UHGV virus genome: UHGV-0315017
Source of the DNA: a virus
DNA: 13,309 nt
Strand: one strand, 5' to 3'
This document shows positions 12,130 to 13,309 of this stretch, piece by piece. Each line of letters starts with the position of its first letter. The stretch's first letter is position 1. A model generated the notes under the pieces. It saw only the letters and a list, made by a program, of their open reading frames with translations. It ran no database searches and was not told where the DNA came from. The position numbers and the translations under genes were made by a program.

Positions 12130-13083
12130 TCAGAACGTCCAGACTACACCCGCCTGAGTTGTGCTGCTTTCTTCACGGGAGAAACGACTATCGATACCGA
12201 GCGTCAGCCCCGTCAATGTTTGCTCAAAGCCAGCGCCTGCATCAGTGGTCACGTCGTTGCGGCTGTTAATTGCCGAACTCCACATCGCCGTATCGTAATT
12301 AACGCCTTTTACGCTACCAAGACGCCCACGCACGGTGTCCAGTTCTGCATCAAATACCAGCGGTTGTGCTGCCGCCATATTCAGCACATCCGTGGTTGAA
12401 GGGGTCATTTGTGCGCGATTCTCTGCGAGACTCCAGCTATGGTTGCCATTATCCAGCAAGGTATATTCATACGTACTGATATCAACAACGCTTCCGGCAT
12501 TGCCCAACGTAAATGCAGCATCACCGCCGCCCGTTGTTACCAGTGTAAGGCTATCTCCTGCTGCCGGGCTGGCACCGGTGTCCGTCACGAATATTTTGAA
12601 ATCACCTGTTGCTTTAACCTCCAGTAGTCCTCCCTTTTCTATAACGGCAAAGACGGCAATCCCATCTTTTTCAACAATTAAGCGCCCGCCTTTAATCGTG
12701 GGATCATTCGCCGCGCCATAAACCTGTAGCACTCCATTATTGATCGTAGTCTGATTTACCGCGCCACCCATTTGAACAATTTGATAACCATCATTTAATA
12801 CTGCGTATTCTGCGGTGCCATTTATTTCAACGTACTGATATCCCCCGTTAATTTCAGTATTACTACTTACACCAAATTCTTATATATGCTGTTCTCCGCC
12901 AGGATTGATTTTCGTATTATTGGCGGTCCAATAAACCAGCTGGATATCTTTTTCCAGGACAACACCATCAACTGGCTCACCATACTCAACAGTTGATGCC
13001 AATGCTATGGGCGAATATAACGCTGTAGCCACCAGAACAGATATTGCGGAACGACAAAGAGAAACAGAACCAGATTGGTGCAT
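12130..13083 (-). pseudogene. Autotransporter/adhesin-like gene interrupted by an in-frame TAA (12880-12882); possibly a yejO-type locus
   Basis: ORFs 12880-13083 (signal-peptide-like N-terminus) and 12130-12771 (Gly/Thr-rich beta-helix-like repeats ending ...VVWTF) are in the same frame, separated by a single TAA. The total length is too short for a complete autotransporter. Confidence 0.5.
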
Positions 13084-13309
13084 TAAGCTTTCATCCTATG
13101 AAATTAATTGCTGTTAAAAGCATTGGGGACAGAAAATACCCATAGCTCCATACCCGGAGTCAGTTTTAAAAAACTGTTTAAAGAAATGCACAAGTATTGT
13201 GATTGATTTTTTAGTTGTTTTTCTTGATGAGAAGCTGATGCAAAATTCCGTCTTTATAATGAAAATGATGCCAAAGCGAACGACAAGGTTGTAGTTTTCA
13301 CTACATGTC

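Noticed and set aside
12335-12721. Plus-strand ORFs (128 and 72 aa) opposite the autotransporter-like gene
   Set aside because: Antisense to repeat-rich passenger-domain coding sequence; Ser/Ala/Pro-rich translations typical of shadow frames.

Overview
The window covers an E. coli-type yejM / tRNA-Pro(GGG) / autotransporter locus with an ~11.6-kb integrative element inserted at the 3' end of the tRNA gene (about 461-12035). The left half is a P4/PICI-like backbone: tyrosine integrase, AlpA-family regulator, a divergently transcribed ribbon-helix-helix regulator, several small ORFs, a primase/SF3-helicase replication protein followed by an iteron array, and an SSB. The right half is lambda-like: a gpE-like major capsid protein with an N-terminal extension, a gpD-like decoration protein, a Nu1-like small terminase subunit, and two lambda-type cos sites (12-mer GGGCGGCGACCT) in inverted orientation flanking the terS gene. 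No portal, protease, scaffold, large terminase or tail genes are present. I read this as a phage satellite that parasitises a lambda-like cos helper by supplying its own shell, decoration and DNA-recognition proteins; a decayed mosaic prophage is the main alternative. No homology search could be run, so family assignments rest on motifs compared from memory with lambda gpE, gpD, Nu1, the lambda cos region, P4-type integrases and E. coli SSB.
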